NCBI GenBank assembly: GCA_013239625.1
Contig: MU057036.1
Coordinates: 12,306,715 to 12,370,714, forward strand
Direction: 5' to 3'
DNA from: Lama guanicoe
Lineage: Eukaryota
DNA length: 64,000 nucleotides
A program made the translations under genes and the position numbers. Shown here piece by piece: positions 63,081-64,000 of this stretch; position 1 is the first letter of the stretch; the number at the start of each line of letters is the position of its first letter. Under the pieces are notes generated by a model. That model was not told the DNA's origin. It did not search any database and was given only the letters and a program-made list of their open reading frames with translations.

Positions 63081-64000
63081 GAGATGATACACCATGCAAA
63101 TTTGGAATATTTAATATTCTGGGCGGTGTATTGACTAATTTGTTCCCCATTCCCAAATCTAAAATTATGGGATTCAGTTCAAGTCACAAATACGTACTTT
63201 GCCAAGTACCAAAGCAAATGCCATTTCAGTATCTTGGGACTGAAAACAATTTTTTAACCAGGAGTCTGAGGCCTTCCCAAACCTTCCCTTCCATTCCATT
63301 TTGTGTTAATTTGCCACCTGAACATTAAACTCTTGTCAGTTAGCTGCCCCTCAGCCTCCACATAAATGCACACTCTCTTTCTTTCTCCGTATTTTATCCC
63401 ATGCTATTCCTTTACCTTAATTCCTCCTCCTCCACATTTCCACCAAAAACTCTACCTATCCTTCAAGTTTCAGCCAGTGATTCACCGCAAGAAGGTGTGG
63501 GGTAGGGACTCCAGTGTAAGTTTTCAGAGCCCAGTGCAGCTAAGGAAATGTGCAGGGTTGGCTCAAGGCCCATCTCTGTTCCAGGCTGGTCAGATGCTGG
63601 ATACATCTTCCATGATATCTCAAGTTAAATGTGCGTCTCTTGGGCAGAGAGGTGGAGTTTTTCAGGTATAGTCTGGATGTGTTCCCACAAGAGAAGTGGG
63701 GAATTAAGAAAAGGACCCTCATATCAGTATTGCTAGAGCAGAAAACAGTTTTTCTCGGTGGTTACAGCAAGAAGACACTGAGGGCTAAGAGATAATGGAA
63801 GAACTGCAATAAATTGTAAAAATTTGTGTAAAAAGTCATCAAAATGAAGACTGCATTATTATTATAAAAATTCTAGTTCACAGGATGTTTGGGAGTCTCA
63901 AGGAATTTAGTTGTCTTTTTTGTGTGTACCATGCACCCTAATGTTCACCAACTAATATGCTAAAACACGAAGGAAATCTTGCTGACAAGATCTCAACCAG

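Noticed and set aside
1-64000. CRISPR array, operon, or other prokaryotic/viral gene system
   Set aside because: The sequence is mammalian; there are no regularly spaced repeats, dense ORFs or recognisable retroviral gag/pol/env segments

Overview
AT-rich, CpG-poor mammalian genomic DNA from a gapped short-read assembly (7 N-runs). It is most likely camelid (alpaca/camel), judged from a tRNA-derived vic-1-type SINE at 44557-44671 and young L1 3' ends of the camelid type. I recognise no protein-coding exon, RNA gene, CpG island or microbial-type system. The listed ORFs are chance ORFs, run across gaps, or come from repeats, so the window reads as intergenic or deep-intronic. A large share is interspersed repeat: L1 of several ages, L2, MIR, MaLR/ERVL LTRs, hAT-type DNA transposons and two ERV solo LTRs. 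The most notable points are: (1) a diverged ~240-bp direct repeat pair at 32.5 and 34.05 kb that matches no repeat I know and keeps mutually complementary blocks; (2) two co-oriented solo LTRs 22 bp apart, one betaretrovirus-like with a perfect 6-bp TSD, intact promoter motifs and a downstream splice donor; (3) three short 5'-inverted (twin-primed) L1 insertions with TSDs; (4) an L1 whose ORF1 end and inter-ORF region are fused directly to the ORF2 end/3'UTR; (5) candidate CTCF, ISRE, HNF4 and K50-homeodomain motif clusters. Repeat family names come from remembered consensus sequences, and repeat boundaries without TSDs are approximate.
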